64,000 nt of DNA from the human T2T-CHM13v2.0 reference genome, Homo sapiens: the NCBI RefSeq assembly GCF_009914755.1, contig NC_060930.1, one strand, 5' to 3'. A program made the translations under genes and the position numbers. The notes beneath the pieces are model-generated. The model was not told the origin of the DNA and searched no databases. It saw only the letters and a program-made list of their open reading frames with translations. Position 1 is the first letter of the stretch; each line of letters starts with the position of its first letter. Shown piece by piece: positions 12,022 to 25,982 of this stretch.

Positions 12022-12307
12022 TGAAAAAGACTGCATGAAAGAGCCCCAAGTGCGGAAGGTGAGCAGCAAACCACTACTCTATCTCAAGAGCCTCCTTGGC
12101 ACCCATGAGGTGACACAGGCTTGCACCTTTGAGCAGTTTGTCACTCCCCTTCCCGAGGCTCTTGGGGATTCAGCAGCTTCTGGGTTCAGTCTGGTCCTGC
12201 TTCAGAAGCTCCTGGAATAAAAAGGTTGTGTGCTGCCAGGCTAAGAGACAACGTGTGGGTTAGCTCAGATTGCTTCATTCTTGTTTACATTCACGTCTGC
12301 TCCGGAT

Positions 12308-12326
12308 GAGCCAGCAGATGGCACTA
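12308..12326 (+). promoter_or_regulatory. Candidate CTCF site
   Basis: GAGCCAGCAGATGGCACTA matches the core CCASYAGRKGGCRSY at all positions. Confidence 0.65.
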
Positions 12327-12355
12327 CAAACCTAAACTTCCTTCAAGCACTAGCC

Positions 12356-12668
12356 CAGCCCTGTCTAATACAAACAATACGAGCTACATTTGTGATTTTA
12401 AATTTTCCAGCAGCTACATTAAAAGAAGTAAAAAGAAACAGGTGAAATGAGTTTGAATACTGTATGTTATTTAACCCAATAGATAAAAATACTTCCAACA
12501 TATAGCTAATATAATTATTAATGAGATAGTTTACAGTTTTTTTTTTTTTGTGCTAAACTTTCCAAATCCAAAGCACATTTTATCCTTACAGCACATCATA
12601 ATTCAGACTAGCCACTTTCAGGGGCTCAACAGCCACGTGCAGCATGAGGCAAATGGACTGGACAGTGC
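12356..12668. mobile_element. MER33-like hAT-Charlie DNA transposon
   Basis: ctgtctaata...ttttaaattttccagcagctacattaaaagaagtaaaaagaaacaggtgaaa...ctggacagtg with degenerate terminal inverted repeats. Confidence 0.78.
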
Positions 12669-14662
12669 CACTCTAGGAGACAGAATAAATGGACTCAATG
12701 AATCCCAGCAGCCAGAAAAACATATGGGTCTGGGCTGAACTGATCAAAATGCTCTTGGGTGAAGAAACCAACCCCTCGATAGTGTTCAGATGCTGCAGGG
12801 TTAAGTCTGTGTTCTTCAAGGGAGTGAGGATGAAGACATTTGATCCTGAGCCCAGGTTTCTCTTTGGTTACATCATTTGCAGGCAGACACGAGTCCCGGC
12901 TGCCGGCATGTGTGGCTAGTCAATTCCCGTGCACAAAGGCAAATGTACAAAATGATCATTTGACTTTTCTGTGGTTGGGTGCAAGCTCTTTGTCAGGTTC
13001 CATCACAGCTCCGAGCTTGTGCAGTGTGGCATTTACTGAAGGTTCCCAGTAGGTGATCTGATTCAACTTCTACCTGGTGAGCTCTGTCCCATGACACCTG
13101 TAAAATTTTGGTCCAAGAAAGCAAAATCGCAGTAGGGCCCATGACACCACTGTCGGCTTGGCCCTGCTCCGACTGCTAAAGACAGGCAGCCAGGACAAAC
13201 AGTTCCTTGTTATGGGCTCGGGAAAGGCCTTTGTGCACGGGGCTGTGTTTGCACAGGGCTTCTAATGATATGAAAGAATGTTTGATTTCCCTCTTATACC
13301 CGTTGGATAACAAACACACTCAGATCCTGCACGGTGTCTCCGGAACACAGAGGTCTGTCTGTTGGAGATGTGGATGTTCCAACACAGCAGAGGTGGTGGC
13401 GCTTTGGGGGCTTGTGGAGTTTTCCCTCTGATGACAACAAAGCCATTCTGCTTCTGCTCTAAATGTGTTTACTTACTCTCAGAAAGAAGATATCCCTATA
13501 GTTCAGGCCACAGGGAAAGTCAAAAGGATGTCTATACCAAGAGCTACTGTATTTAAATCATCCAGACAGTGAATATAAAACACTAGGGGAATAGGAGGGA
13601 GAGTTGCCAAGAAAAAGAAAAAAATCACCAATGCTAGTTTCAAAGTCCTTGAGACAAAAAGCCATACAACACTTCAGCAGAGCTGCTGCAACACAATCTG
13701 CTTTTTAAAGAGGGTCAGAGGAAAAGGTAATGGGTCAACTATAGACTTTCTCCCAGGTGAAAAAAACCCCAACTCACTCTTGTTTCTCTTTACAAGTCTT
13801 GGTTCCCCCTCTAGCAAGGGAGGACTTATGTTCACTGACATGCGGGGGTCTCTGAGGTGTTCTCAGACAGGCACCGGGTCGGGGTGGGTGGGAACTTGAC
13901 CACATCCAAGTTGTTTCTTGAGTAATAAGTTCCAAGCCAAGAACATCTTGTCTGGAAATAAGGAGTAGCCACTGACTGTTTGGTCCCGTGGAGGACATGC
14001 CTCTCCCAGGCTCTCGGCACTCAAAACATTCCTCAAATGGGGCTGAGGAGTCAGAGAAGGCCAACAGACCTTGGAAAGCGGAAACACATCAAGAAGGTTG
14101 AGGCCCACCTCTTTTCCTTCTAGATAATTATTCTGAGCCAAACAGGCCCAGTTGGGCTTAACATCTTATTAACTGTCCCTCCACACACTTGCTCCTCCAG
14201 GATCTCACTTCCCAGCAGTGGCTTGGTTTCCTAAAGAGTCCCAACAGCCAATGTGATGAGGTGAAGAGTCCTGTGGACTGTCGCCATCCCCACTAGTTAT
14301 ACTCAGCCACCCACACACAGCTCCGGACACACAGGCTGCATATAAGGGGAAGGGCACGAGGGATTCATGGGCGCCACTCTTTAGCCAGGGGTCTACCACT
14401 TTGGTTCTCAGTGGAGAATCGGAGAATCAGGGCAGCCACTGAGTCAGCAGGCCAAGGGCCAAACAGGGCACCAGAGGCCTGTGCCACAGTTGGCACAATA
14501 AGCTGCTGTTGATTTTATTCAGCCCAGCAAAGTGTTGACTCTTCCCCCTCTGGAACACGACAGGAGCAGCAGGACCGAGGTGGGTTTTTAGCACGGTACC
14601 TGCCCTGTCCTGCTAAGCACGGCTATAGGAGGGTTAGTTCTTCTGGAGATTCCAGCTTTACA

Positions 14663-14793
14663 CATTTTTTTTCTTTTAAAGACAGGGTCTCGCTCTGTTG
14701 CCTAGGCTGGTCTCAAACTCCTGGCCTCAAGCTATCTTCCTTCCTTGGCCTCCCAAACTGTTGGGATTATAGGAGTGAGCCACCACGCCTGGC
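14663..14793 (-). mobile_element. FLAM monomer
   Basis: Alu monomer consensus. Confidence 0.85.
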
Positions 14794-15794
14794 TAGGCTC
14801 CAGCTCCTGAGCAGTCAGTAAAATGGATAGTCCCTGCAGTGTGTCCAGGGATTCTTAGGTCCAGGTGTGACATCTGGACAGTGCATGGAACCTACATATG
14901 TCTCCTTGCATGCTGTCTGCACCAACGAGGCAGAGGGGAGGCTGTAGGCTGGGCCCTGGAATGCCGGTGCTTCCTTCTCACCAAACAGAAATCGGCTGCT
15001 TTATTTCTCTTCCCTGCCAACAGCCACGACCATTCTTCAGCCTAAACCATCATCCCCTTCCTCCCAGTTAAAAGGAAACATTGAAAAATTATATAAGTAT
15101 TATATAATTATAGATTATTCTGTAAGTATTATATAAAAATTACATATTATATAAATATAGCTTTCATAAAATATAAGACAAAAGAAGGGAAAAAAAATTC
15201 TCATCCCCAAATGATGACTCTCTTGCTCTGGTAGATTTCCCCGTGATCTTTGTTTTCTCTGCATCTTTTTTAGGAGTTGCAATCAAGTGGTGCTGTATCT
15301 ATCTCACCCAACAAACATTTCGCTTGCCTAGTGTCTCTGCTTTGCTGGGTGAAGTTTACTGGAAAAGCAGGAAAGTAGCTGCAAATTTTGCAGAAAAAGC
15401 CAGAAACAAATATTTCCTGTAGAAATCTCAGTGGAAGACTAGTTTGTTAATATTTTTTCCTACTTCATTTCTTGGTTTTATTACCAGATGTTGATTGAAA
15501 CCCATGGGAGTAGGGTCACATTAGCATGATACCCTGAGACACTGATGGTGTGGTCAGCTCTCCGAAGTCTTTAACGCCTGTACTCTGAGGAGACCCTCAG
15601 ATCCCAGGGAGCTGTCGAGGGAGGAAGCAATATGCCCATTGGAGATGATTCCAGTGCTGCTGGAACCAGGACAGCCAGCTCAGTGCTGGGCAGATGGCAA
15701 TGACAAAATCTCCCCTCCCAGGTGAAGAAATGTTTCTCGCGCAATTGTCCTTCCACGCCCTCTTCTCATGGTCCAGTTTCTAGCACAAATATGG

Positions 15795-16020
15795 GACACC
15801 TGGGATTCAGTTGTGATACGTCAATTAATTAGTTGTGTGATCTCAGGCAAGTCTTCATTCTGTCTGTCCCAAAGTTCTTGGAGGATCTAGGAGTCACAGG
15901 GCGATAACGCCTGCCCTACTTAGCTTACAGGGTTGCTATGAAGAATACAACTGGATGACAGGTGGAGAAAGTGCCTGGGAAAGTTTCAACTGCCTGATAG
16001 ATACAAGGTATTATTATTTC
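15795..16020 (+). mobile_element. MIR (degenerate)
   Basis: gtgtgatctcaggcaagtc...cttacagggttgctatgaag. Confidence 0.6.
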
Positions 16021-16619
16021 TGTTTATTAGCCCTATCTATCTCTGTCACATGGTTTCGTCTTACAGACATGTGCTTTGGAATTCCAGACACTTACAATGT
16101 TCTAGACAACATAAAAACACTGTTTTAATTAGAAATATGGCTGATTTCTATGCTGCCCAGCAAGGTTTCTTTTTATTAAGCAGACCAATTACAGACACTT
16201 CTAAAAACTTGCCTGATTCACCAAACCACAAAAATGATTGTGAAAATTTTACATACAACATGTGTCTCAAAGTCAGCATTGGGGTGGGAAGAGTTAGAGT
16301 CAGATGGCTCTTCTATTCTGTACCATTTCCATGTTTTCTCTGGACTTTATCTCTCTCTTCCCTTCTCTCTCTCTCTCTCCCGCCCCCTGCCTGCCCCCAA
16401 CACACTCTCTTACTCTCATACACTTTTATCTCTCTCAGTGTAAAACATGTTAATAAAGCAAGTCCAAAAATCCATACTTTTGACTGTGCAAAGAAACTCT
16501 CTGTGGTGCTTCTTTACTAAAATCTACAATTAAGTAGAAATGGTCCAGTTACAAAGCTGTCTTACTAAGAGGCTTACTACTTTGGAAAATGACTGTAATT
16601 TTCTATAATTTCCAACATC

Positions 16620-17412
16620 TAAAAACAAACCTATAAACCATAATGAGATAAACCATAACTACTCACACCCACTAGAGGGCACTAACAAAAAAGATGGGCA
16701 ATAACAAGTGTTGGCGAGGATGCAGAGAAACTGGATCCTTGATACACTGCTGGTGGGAATTTGAAATGGTATAGCCACTTTGGAAACAGTCTAGTAGCTC
16801 CTCAAAAGGTTAAATACAAAGTTATATGATTTAGCAGTTCCACTCCTAGGAATATTATGGAAATAACTGAAAACATGTCTTAAAAACAACTTGTACTCAA
16901 ATGCTCACAGCAGCATTATTTATAATAGCCCCAAAGTGGAAACAACCCACATGGCCCTCAACCAATGAACAACAAAATGTGGTATTAGTCAACAAAATGG
17001 ATCAACATTATGGAATATTACTCAGGAATTAAAAGCAACAAAGTACTAATACATGACAATATACCTGGTGAGTACATCAATGGCAAGGGTAAACCTTCAA
17101 AGCATTATGCTAAAGTGAAAGGAGCTAGACACAGAAGGCCACATCTTGCAAGATTCTATTTATACAAATGCCCCAAACAAGTACATCTACAGAGATAGAA
17201 GGTAGATTACTGGTTGCCTGGGGCTGAGGGGAGTGGGCAATGAGGAGTAACTGCTAATAGGTACAGCATTTCCTTTTAGGGTGGTGAAAATGTTTTAGAA
17301 TTACATAGTGGTGATGGTTGTACAACATTGTGGATATATCAACAACCACTGAATTGTTCATCTTAGTAGGGTGGATTTTATGATATGGGAATTATGTCTT
17401 AATTTAAAAAAT
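16620..17412 (+). mobile_element. L1MB-like 3' fragment
   Basis: ORF2 end and 3'UTR motifs: aataacaagtgttggcgaggatgcagagaaac, cagcattatttataatagcccc, ggtgatggttgtacaacattg. Confidence 0.88.
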
Positions 17413-17639
17413 AAACCTGTGCAAGATAGACATACATAAAATTCAAACATTACAGACATACATAGAAATGAAACTTTCCCTACACTCCTCTCCAACGGTG
17501 CTCCCAGTTTTTTCTTATTCTCTATGCTGATTTTATTTATATGGTGTGTATATTTAGGAAACAAACTAGGACCTTGTGCATACTGCTTTGTGATTTTCAC
17601 TTATGTGACTTGTTCATTTTTTTTTACTGGAAGAGAAAA

Positions 17640-18480
17640 ATTCCCAACCTGACTTCTTAAGGAATATAGCAAATCCAGAAGTCATAAAGAAAAAGACTTA
17701 TACCTTGACTACATAAAACTAATATTTTTTTATATGGGAAAAGGTACAATAAATAAAGAAGCAGACTAAGGGAATATCTAAGCAACATTTATGAGAAAGG
17801 GTTAATATTCCTAATATTAGGGATTAAGATTCCTACATGTTGATTTAAAGTTAAACAATACAAAAGAAAAATAGGCAAAGAGGTAAACCAGCAATTCACA
17901 GGAAAGGAAATATAAATGTTCAATACACATAAAACAAGATGTCAGCCTCATTAGTAGTCACCATTTTTTTGCCCATCAAATTGGCAAAAATTAAAAAGAC
18001 TGGTGACAACTAGTATGGGCAAGAATAGGGGAAATTGGACACTCTAAGTTGCTGATGAATATGTGAATTGCTACAACATTTTGGGTAGGTCATTAGGTAG
18101 TATTTAATAAATGGGCACAACCTTTAGCCCATCTTTGAAACTAACCCACAAAAATAAATGCACCACTACTAACAGTAGGGTCACAAAATGTTTATTGCAG
18201 CAATGTTTATCAGAGGGAAAAACTGAAAACAACTGAAATGTCTGGTGATAAGTGACAGCTGAATGAACTACGATTTACGAGAACGAGAGATATTGGAGAA
18301 ACATGTCTTGGCCCTGTGTGATCGACCTACAGCCACGTGCATGGTAGACAGCTACGTGAAAAAAGGAAGCTGCTAACTCTACAACATAATGCCATTAAAA
18401 TAAAACCCAAACCCATAGAGAGGTGAATATATATTTGTATATTGTTGTAGGCAAAGAGAAAGCCTGTTAAATTTGGTATG
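17640..18480 (+). mobile_element. Ancient L1M(E)-like fragment
   Basis: A-rich L1 ORF2-end-like motifs (gcaattcacag, cccatcaaattggcaaaaattaaaaag, tgtttattgcagcaatgttt). Confidence 0.65.
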
Positions 18481-19164
18481 TTTGGGGCTGGGTATGCTGT
18501 GTTCTAGAATTTAAAAAAGAATGTCATTTAAAAAAGCTGATTATTGATAAAGGATAATACTGCGCTAATTTGATCTTTCTCGAAGCCAGGGAACAGTTAA
18601 AAAGGATGGGAGAAGCCAACGACTGTGAGATGGAAGGGCTGCTTAACACGGTATAACTACAACATCTTACAGAATACAAGGTATGTTAACACTTCACTTT
18701 TGGTCTAACGTTTTGGCTCCCTACGGGGTGGAGGAAGACAGATTGGGAAAACACACGCGAAGTATTACACTGGCGTCTGGCAAGGGGTGGAAACTCCTGT
18801 CTTGATTTCTGACTCTGGTGTCTCCGTGGGGTTCACTTGAAAGAGAAGGCACCTGGATCCCATATGAAAGCAGGGCAGGGCAGAATTAGCCCAATAGATG
18901 CTGGCTTCTTCTGGATCAGTTCAGGAAAACAAGTTTTGACTTGTGGAGAAGGATCTGCCTTGAGCACTATTACTGGGGATAATACTTCAACCAGGGTCAA
19001 AGTAACTCCCTAAAGCAGGTTATCAACTCCTCGAGCAGCAGTCATGGCAAGTCCCTGAGACAGTTCTTGGAAACCTAACCTCCTCTACTCTAGGAAAACT
19101 AAGATGTCAAATTGGGAAAAACCTTAACTTTACTGTAACTGTCCTGTCCAAACTGTACCACTGA

Positions 19165-19553
<389 letters not shown>

Positions 19554-19884
19554 ATGGATTCCTTTTTTAAAGGTAAAAATAAGAGTATTTTTAAAAGTAG
19601 CGGTATTTCTCAAGGGGGGAAGGCTAGTCCTGTTCATGACTATTTTACAGGTTGAATGAGTCCTCCTTTTAATTGAGTTAATATTTTTAGTTCTAAAGTA
19701 AACAACTGACATGGTCCCAACATACACACAAAAAATGTGTTCTTGCTGTGGCCCCAAGACTTTAAGCTCTCTTTTGGGATATTGGCGGCGAGGGTGGGGG
19801 GACACAAAAGAAGATGTATCTGAAACTGACAGTTCTTTGAACATATGCAAATGTCATAAAAACACCACCCTCCCTTGAGCTTAA

Positions 19885-20190
<306 letters not shown>

Positions 20191-21952
20191 CCAGGCTCCT
20201 CTTAAAGGAGAGACAAAAAACAAAGACTGCAGGCCTTTGTGCTCTTCTCCCTCCACCAGTCCTTGGTAGGAAGCCATGATGCGGATGAGGTGGACGCAGT
20301 GACTTGCCTTCCACATCAGGCACGCTCATTCACGGTTTCAGAACAAAAGGAAAACCTCACAAAAGAGGTCAGAGGGAAAGAATGAGTGAGGAGAGAGAAA
20401 ACACAGCCTTTCACTATTTTCGGGAAAGCTCAATCTTCCCAATGTCAGGGACACAGATGTGAGCCTGGCTTGGGGCACTGGGCACAACCCACCACCCCAA
20501 ACCTAAGGGGAGGTGGTATATTCGCATGGGAATAGCTCCCATTCATATTTCCTTTCTAATTTATTTTAAATTAAATCCTTGCAGTGTTTCTCTTTCTCCA
20601 TGTCTGCTAGGCAGTTAAGAGAGGGGCAGAAACCAGGCTAGCAAGCAAAGAAAGTGACCACAGGGCATTTTTGCAGTTGGCACAGGGGCCTTTGGCATCT
20701 ATTTTCAAAACACGCCCAAACTAAAACCTCATGTGCTTCTCGCCAATCTTGCAGAGGCTGAATAAACTGCACGTGGCTCTGTGAAAAGCCACCTCATCCC
20801 GTATGGCATTTCTGCTTTCTGGCTGGGTTAACATCTCTGCCTTACAGAGGCTGGTAACATCCAGAGAGCACAGATGGGTACCAAGGTTGCCGGCCTCAGG
20901 AGGACCATGTTTCATTTCTTCCTGTGTTTTTGGGATACACAGCTCTGAGAAGGGACTTGTCACTGGGTTTGTTCAATCCCGCTCCTGAGGGGGGTCTGAG
21001 ACACAGGTAGCAGTCTCAAGCTGGTACCTTGTCAATCAGCAAGACAGTGCAGTGAACGCCAGGTCACGACACAGACTCTCTCAGGTCTTTCTAGGGAATG
21101 TTCATGTTATTGGGGAGGTGGGTCCTCTGCAGGGGCCTCTTCTTTCCTCTCCTTAGTCTTGTGAGTCTTGCTCACGATGTGGCTGCTGTTGCCCCTGTTC
21201 CCCTCTTCCAGCAATGGTAAGACACACATGGAGCCTCTGGACATTTTTCCTAGCAAGTACATTGCTTTCAGGGTGGATGAAACTGCTACTCTACCCCACT
21301 ACTTCTCAAAATGTCTTCCTAGCATTTGAGGGAGCTTGGGAAATGATCCATTATACATTATGTGTGGCTGACTAGGGTGCTTCTGTGATGACCCCAGGAC
21401 CGGGATAAACGGTGAGGCTTCCATCACCTTCACTGTGATGGACATGGGATGGCCCTGGGGTCTTCTGTTGACAAGGAAAATCTAAAAGGTGCTGGGAGAG
21501 TGTTGATCTATTTGGTTTCAATCAATCAATCTGGAAAGAGATTCTATATCTTCCTTTACGCTGAACGGGTGAAGGGCAAGGATGAGGGTGATGAACATGG
21601 CATCCTTTCAAAGCAGGTGTAGGAGGGGGAGAGAGGGAGGAGAAAGAGGGGGGTCTGGAGTGCCTCAGTGTACTTCATGCATTAGACTTCAGTATATTTT
21701 TACTCAGCAGCTTGCCTCTGCTTGTCGAGTATTGAGATCCAGATCAAATATCAAGTGCTTTTCTAGGACAGAAGTGGTTAATGTGGAATCACCTTCAGCA
21801 TCCTGCCTCTGTGGATGGGGAAGGCAGTCTCTCTACTGTCATCTTTAATCTTAGCACGTAAGAACAATGTGGGAGTGGTGGGGGGCAGGGAGTAGTCCAG
21901 ATAAAGGGCCTAGAGAGTGGGTCACATGCTTGAATTTATGTGGGTTCCCTAC

Positions 21953-23545
21953 CTCCTGGCCCCTGTCCTGCACAGGACACGACTCACTGTCTGCTTCCGA
22001 GAACGATCCGGATTCGTCACTGGAGTTGGTTCCATAAGACTGCTCACATTTAATTTGGGGCCGCACTTGGTTGTACATTCCATCTCCCATCAGGCCTGGT
22101 TCCTGATGTTCTGTGGCAAGGAATCTGGCTCCCTGGGAACAGGGCGAGGAGGAGAACTCACAGAGAGGGAGGCTGCAGGGTGAGCCCCCGCTCCCGTCCT
22201 CCGCGTAGGAATAGGAAGAGCAGGAGCTGGAAGTCCTGGTCCTGGTCTCCAAGGGGGGTGAGCGAGGGCAGACTTTGATTGGTACCGGGCAGCTGGTGTT
22301 GGGCCGCATCCTTCCTGGCAAGTGGTCGGCCATCAGCCCACCGTGGGAGTAGGCCTGCGAGCTGGGGAGGGACTGGCCGGCTCCCACCCACAGACCCTTT
22401 GGCACCGGCTCAGAGAGGTCTTTGTCCAAACTGCTCACCCCAGAATAAGAATGCACCGAGGTGCTCACTTGGTCACAAGCGCTGGAGGAGAAGATCACGC
22501 TCCTCCGGTCCAGCTCTCCCTCCTGTTTACAGAGAGCCTCCAACCCAGGCCCCCTGAGGGGCGACCCCATGGTGAAGTTGGACACCTCCTTCTGGCCCAC
22601 GTGGGGCTGTCCATAATTCCCTGTGAAAGGGGTGTAGTCAGTTTTAAGGTCACCCTGAGTGATCCCCTTGTCAAAAGGGCAGGCTGGACTCCTGGCAAAG
22701 TGCTGCTGAGATGTACTGGGCAGGCCAGACAGCTCCACACTTTTCGTTATGCTGAACAGAGACCTTAAGCAGGAGGGCGAGGCCACGCTCCTGGATCTCT
22801 CCAGGCAGGCGGCCCCAGCTGGGGCCGTGGGGGTAGGGGCAGGGCTGGGCTGTTTCCGGTCCATCTCGACATCCCCCGCTCTGTCCTTGGCGTCAGGCTC
22901 ATCTCCAGACAGGCAGAGCGTGATGCTCTCTTCCTCATTCTCTTCACTGGGCGGCTCACTTTTAATCTGCCCCCTGGCAAGCCCCGGCTTGAGGCTGTTG
23001 CTAGAGTTATCTTCCCGGAATGTGCTTGCAAAACCTGAGGTACTGTGTGATGATGCATTATAGACATTCTTGGTACATGCAAGCTGGTATTTCTTGTATC
23101 TGGGGTACTGCGTTAACGCGTCCTTTTCTGAGCTCTCCTTGGTGTCTGTGGGCACGTCAGGCTCGGGCAGCAGGGCTTCTTCCTTCTCTGCTACGGGGAT
23201 GGCGGCGGCCTCAAAGCTGATGGGCTCTGGAAGCATCTGGTCCCTGGGGCAAGCCATCTTGGCCGTCTCTGAATCCATCGTCTCCTCCTCTTCATCCTCC
23301 TCCTCTCCTGCAGAGTTCTCGCAGTCCTCGTGTGGGCGCTGGCACGCAGCATCCTTCCGGCACACAAACAGGCCATCCTCACTGTTCAGGAGCTGGGTCT
23401 GCAGGAAGCTGAAGCAGGAGTCCTCCAGGTTGTGCATGCGCAGGAACTCAGCACAGCGGATGACCTCGCGGATGTTTTCTCTGCTGAGTAACAGCTTGGC
23501 AGTGTAGGCAAACTGTAACAGCGGCCCAAAGCCCCTGGCTGTGAC
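21953..23545 (-). CDS. BACH2: BACH2 large internal coding exon (C-terminal half of BTB domain, acidic tract, Cys-Pro heme motifs, RxRxxS motif); 1593 bp, 531 codons, phase 0/0
   Basis: Translation VTARGFGPLLQFAYTAKLLLSRENIREVIRCAEFLRMHNLEDSCF...SESCPVQDRGQE recognised as BACH2; acceptor TTTGTTTTGCAG|GTC at 23546/23545; donor GAG|GTAGGG at 21953/21952. Confidence 0.98.
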
Positions 23546-25982
23546 CTGCAAAACAAACAGGGAAATCGCCAACATTACCATCAGCACTGCTATTGTCCCG
23601 AATCCCTCAACTGAAGCAAGATAACCAGACAGTGCTAATGTCCCAGAATAAAGACTGCAAAGGGGCAGTTAATCTTGTAGTACTGGGTCAGCAATGATTC
23701 TGCTTCCAATAATTAGTGCCTGTCTCGTGCATGCCACTGTTGTACTCCATCACAGCACAGGCAGAATTGAAAATCACCAGGGTCAAGTGGCTAAACAAGA
23801 TGACAACGGGTTCAGTGTTTACACTAATGAAATATCCTGGCAAAAATGCACGGTGACAATGGGGAGCCTATTAATTTCCCTCCCAATCAGTCCTGTTGAG
23901 AGCCATTCTACACGAGGGGGGAGTGTTGTGACACTTCTTGCAGCTTGCTGGAGCCCAAGAGAGCCTTAACGTTTTCTTGTCAACCACAAAAATGGCAATG
24001 TGACCCTGCAAAAAACTAACTCCAGGGAGTTGTAAAAATAGGTTTTCCTCACTTACAATGTTAAAAGAGACATTAAAACAACTCCTGTTTTGCTCATCCA
24101 TCACAGTTTCTACTTGAGACTTTCGGTCATCATGTCTACCTGATCTTATGATGATGATGATCTCATTATCTCACCAGAGATGACAACAATCAAAAGTGGT
24201 GTGCTCAAGATGAAATCAACCCCTGGCCCATAATGAATGGGGGTTGCAGAGTTAAACAAACCGGCTCTCATTTAAATGGTTGAAGCTGCTGAGTGGCACA
24301 GGGTATGGGCTATTCCTTCCCTAATTATTAGCAGCAGCTTTGCCATGCAGCTGTCTTTTTTTCCTGGTAAATCTTCAGGGGCTAAGCCTACTGTCATTTG
24401 CTGCTTATCTGTTATATTTTACAAAGATTGAAAGTGTGCTATTTATGCACAGCTTGCATATGCACACAAACACGTGTGTGCCCACACGCATGCCTGCTCA
24501 CACACAATGACTTAGACAATTAAGAATATGTTGCCTAAGGCCAATTGTTTTTTCAGATGGAAATGGATTAAACTTGCTGGTGTTCATCAGGGTAAGCTTC
24601 CTTACCCTGCACATAAAACCACACATCCTCTAGGTTCTTGCAAGCACTGCTGACCACACAGGAAGGTGACGCATGTCTACAAATCCTGTACAAATCAAAT
24701 GAAAGCAGCAATCATGGGGTCCTTGCTAGAGGCTATGGTAGCAGTGATACAAAATTTTAGCGGGGGGAGTGAGTGCACAGCAAGGTGAACTGGTAAACTT
24801 TGTAGCTGACTTCTGTGTGTATTAAACTCACCGCAGCATACAGAGCCAAAATTCTTGCAAGGACCTGTAATTGATGTTCAAGATTCAACCTGGACATTCA
24901 CTCCTTTGGGAGTGCTCTCCAGTCCTCTTAGAGAGAATGAATGACATTGTCCTCTCAGCTCTCATAGCCAGATGAGGAGACGTGCTGGATTCTCCAGGGC
25001 AGCACTGATTTCATATCATTGCATTCTTTCCAGTAACGGAAATTTCTTAGACATGTAACTGAACGGGATTTTAATTGTTAATCTTTTTAAAGTACTCAAG
25101 TAAGATTCCACATTAAATTTTTCTGTCAGATGATGAGTCCAGAGATATTTGGTTAAAAAAACAAAACAAAAAGCCATGACTGCTAGACCCACATTATAAA
25201 TTCTATATGGGCAATCAGTGCCATCTCCCTTTTATTATACCTAATTGTGCCTGTTTCTACCATAAGACAGCAAGCTCCTTCAGATCAGGAATGGTTTTGT
25301 CTGTCTTTGTAACCTTGCATCTAATCTAACCTGGGGTCTCTCACATGGTAAATACTTGTTAAAAGCTTGTATGTTACCAAATATGTCATGAGTCAAACTG
25401 TGTCCTAACATACTACTACTGTGTATGCAAGGTGACAACACAGTATGTTTAGAGAGTGTTGTCTCAAGTTACTTTTGGAGCAAGGCATCATGTAAACCAA
25501 CTAACTGAACCGATCAACTGATCAAAGGCAGGCAGGCAAGGGTCTTTGTTTGCCCCGTGTCACAGTACCAGTATTAAAAAGGAGGTCTGACCGACACTTT
25601 TGTATCCTGCTAAGCTGACATGGTAATAGGTTCAGCAAATGTAGTACTGACAATACATCTGTTTTATGTCCTTTTCTTCCAAGAATCTTTAAAAGAAAGT
25701 AAAAAAGCAAGGAAATGTGTATTTATAGGTAACTGAAGAAGATGACAAGAATGTCACATGACCTATTCCTTTACTGCCACATGGCTCCACCACAAAGAAA
25801 GAAATGGTGAAATCAATGCAGAGTTGACCCCTGCCCTCGTAATGATCCTATGCTCCTCTGTAATGTGCCAGTTGCCAAAAGGGTGGATAAGACACTTCTT
25901 GAGTTTTGGCAAAGGTGCTCACTATATGGGAAATGTAGGAAACTAATTTCAATGCTATTTATACTGTTCACACAGTTTTTCT

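Noticed and set aside
21917-23507. Several plus-strand ORFs over the large exon
   Set aside because: Expected shadow ORFs opposite a GC-rich CDS
23546-23587. N-terminal part of ORF 21851..23587
   Set aside because: Intron sequence upstream of the acceptor, with a non-ATG start
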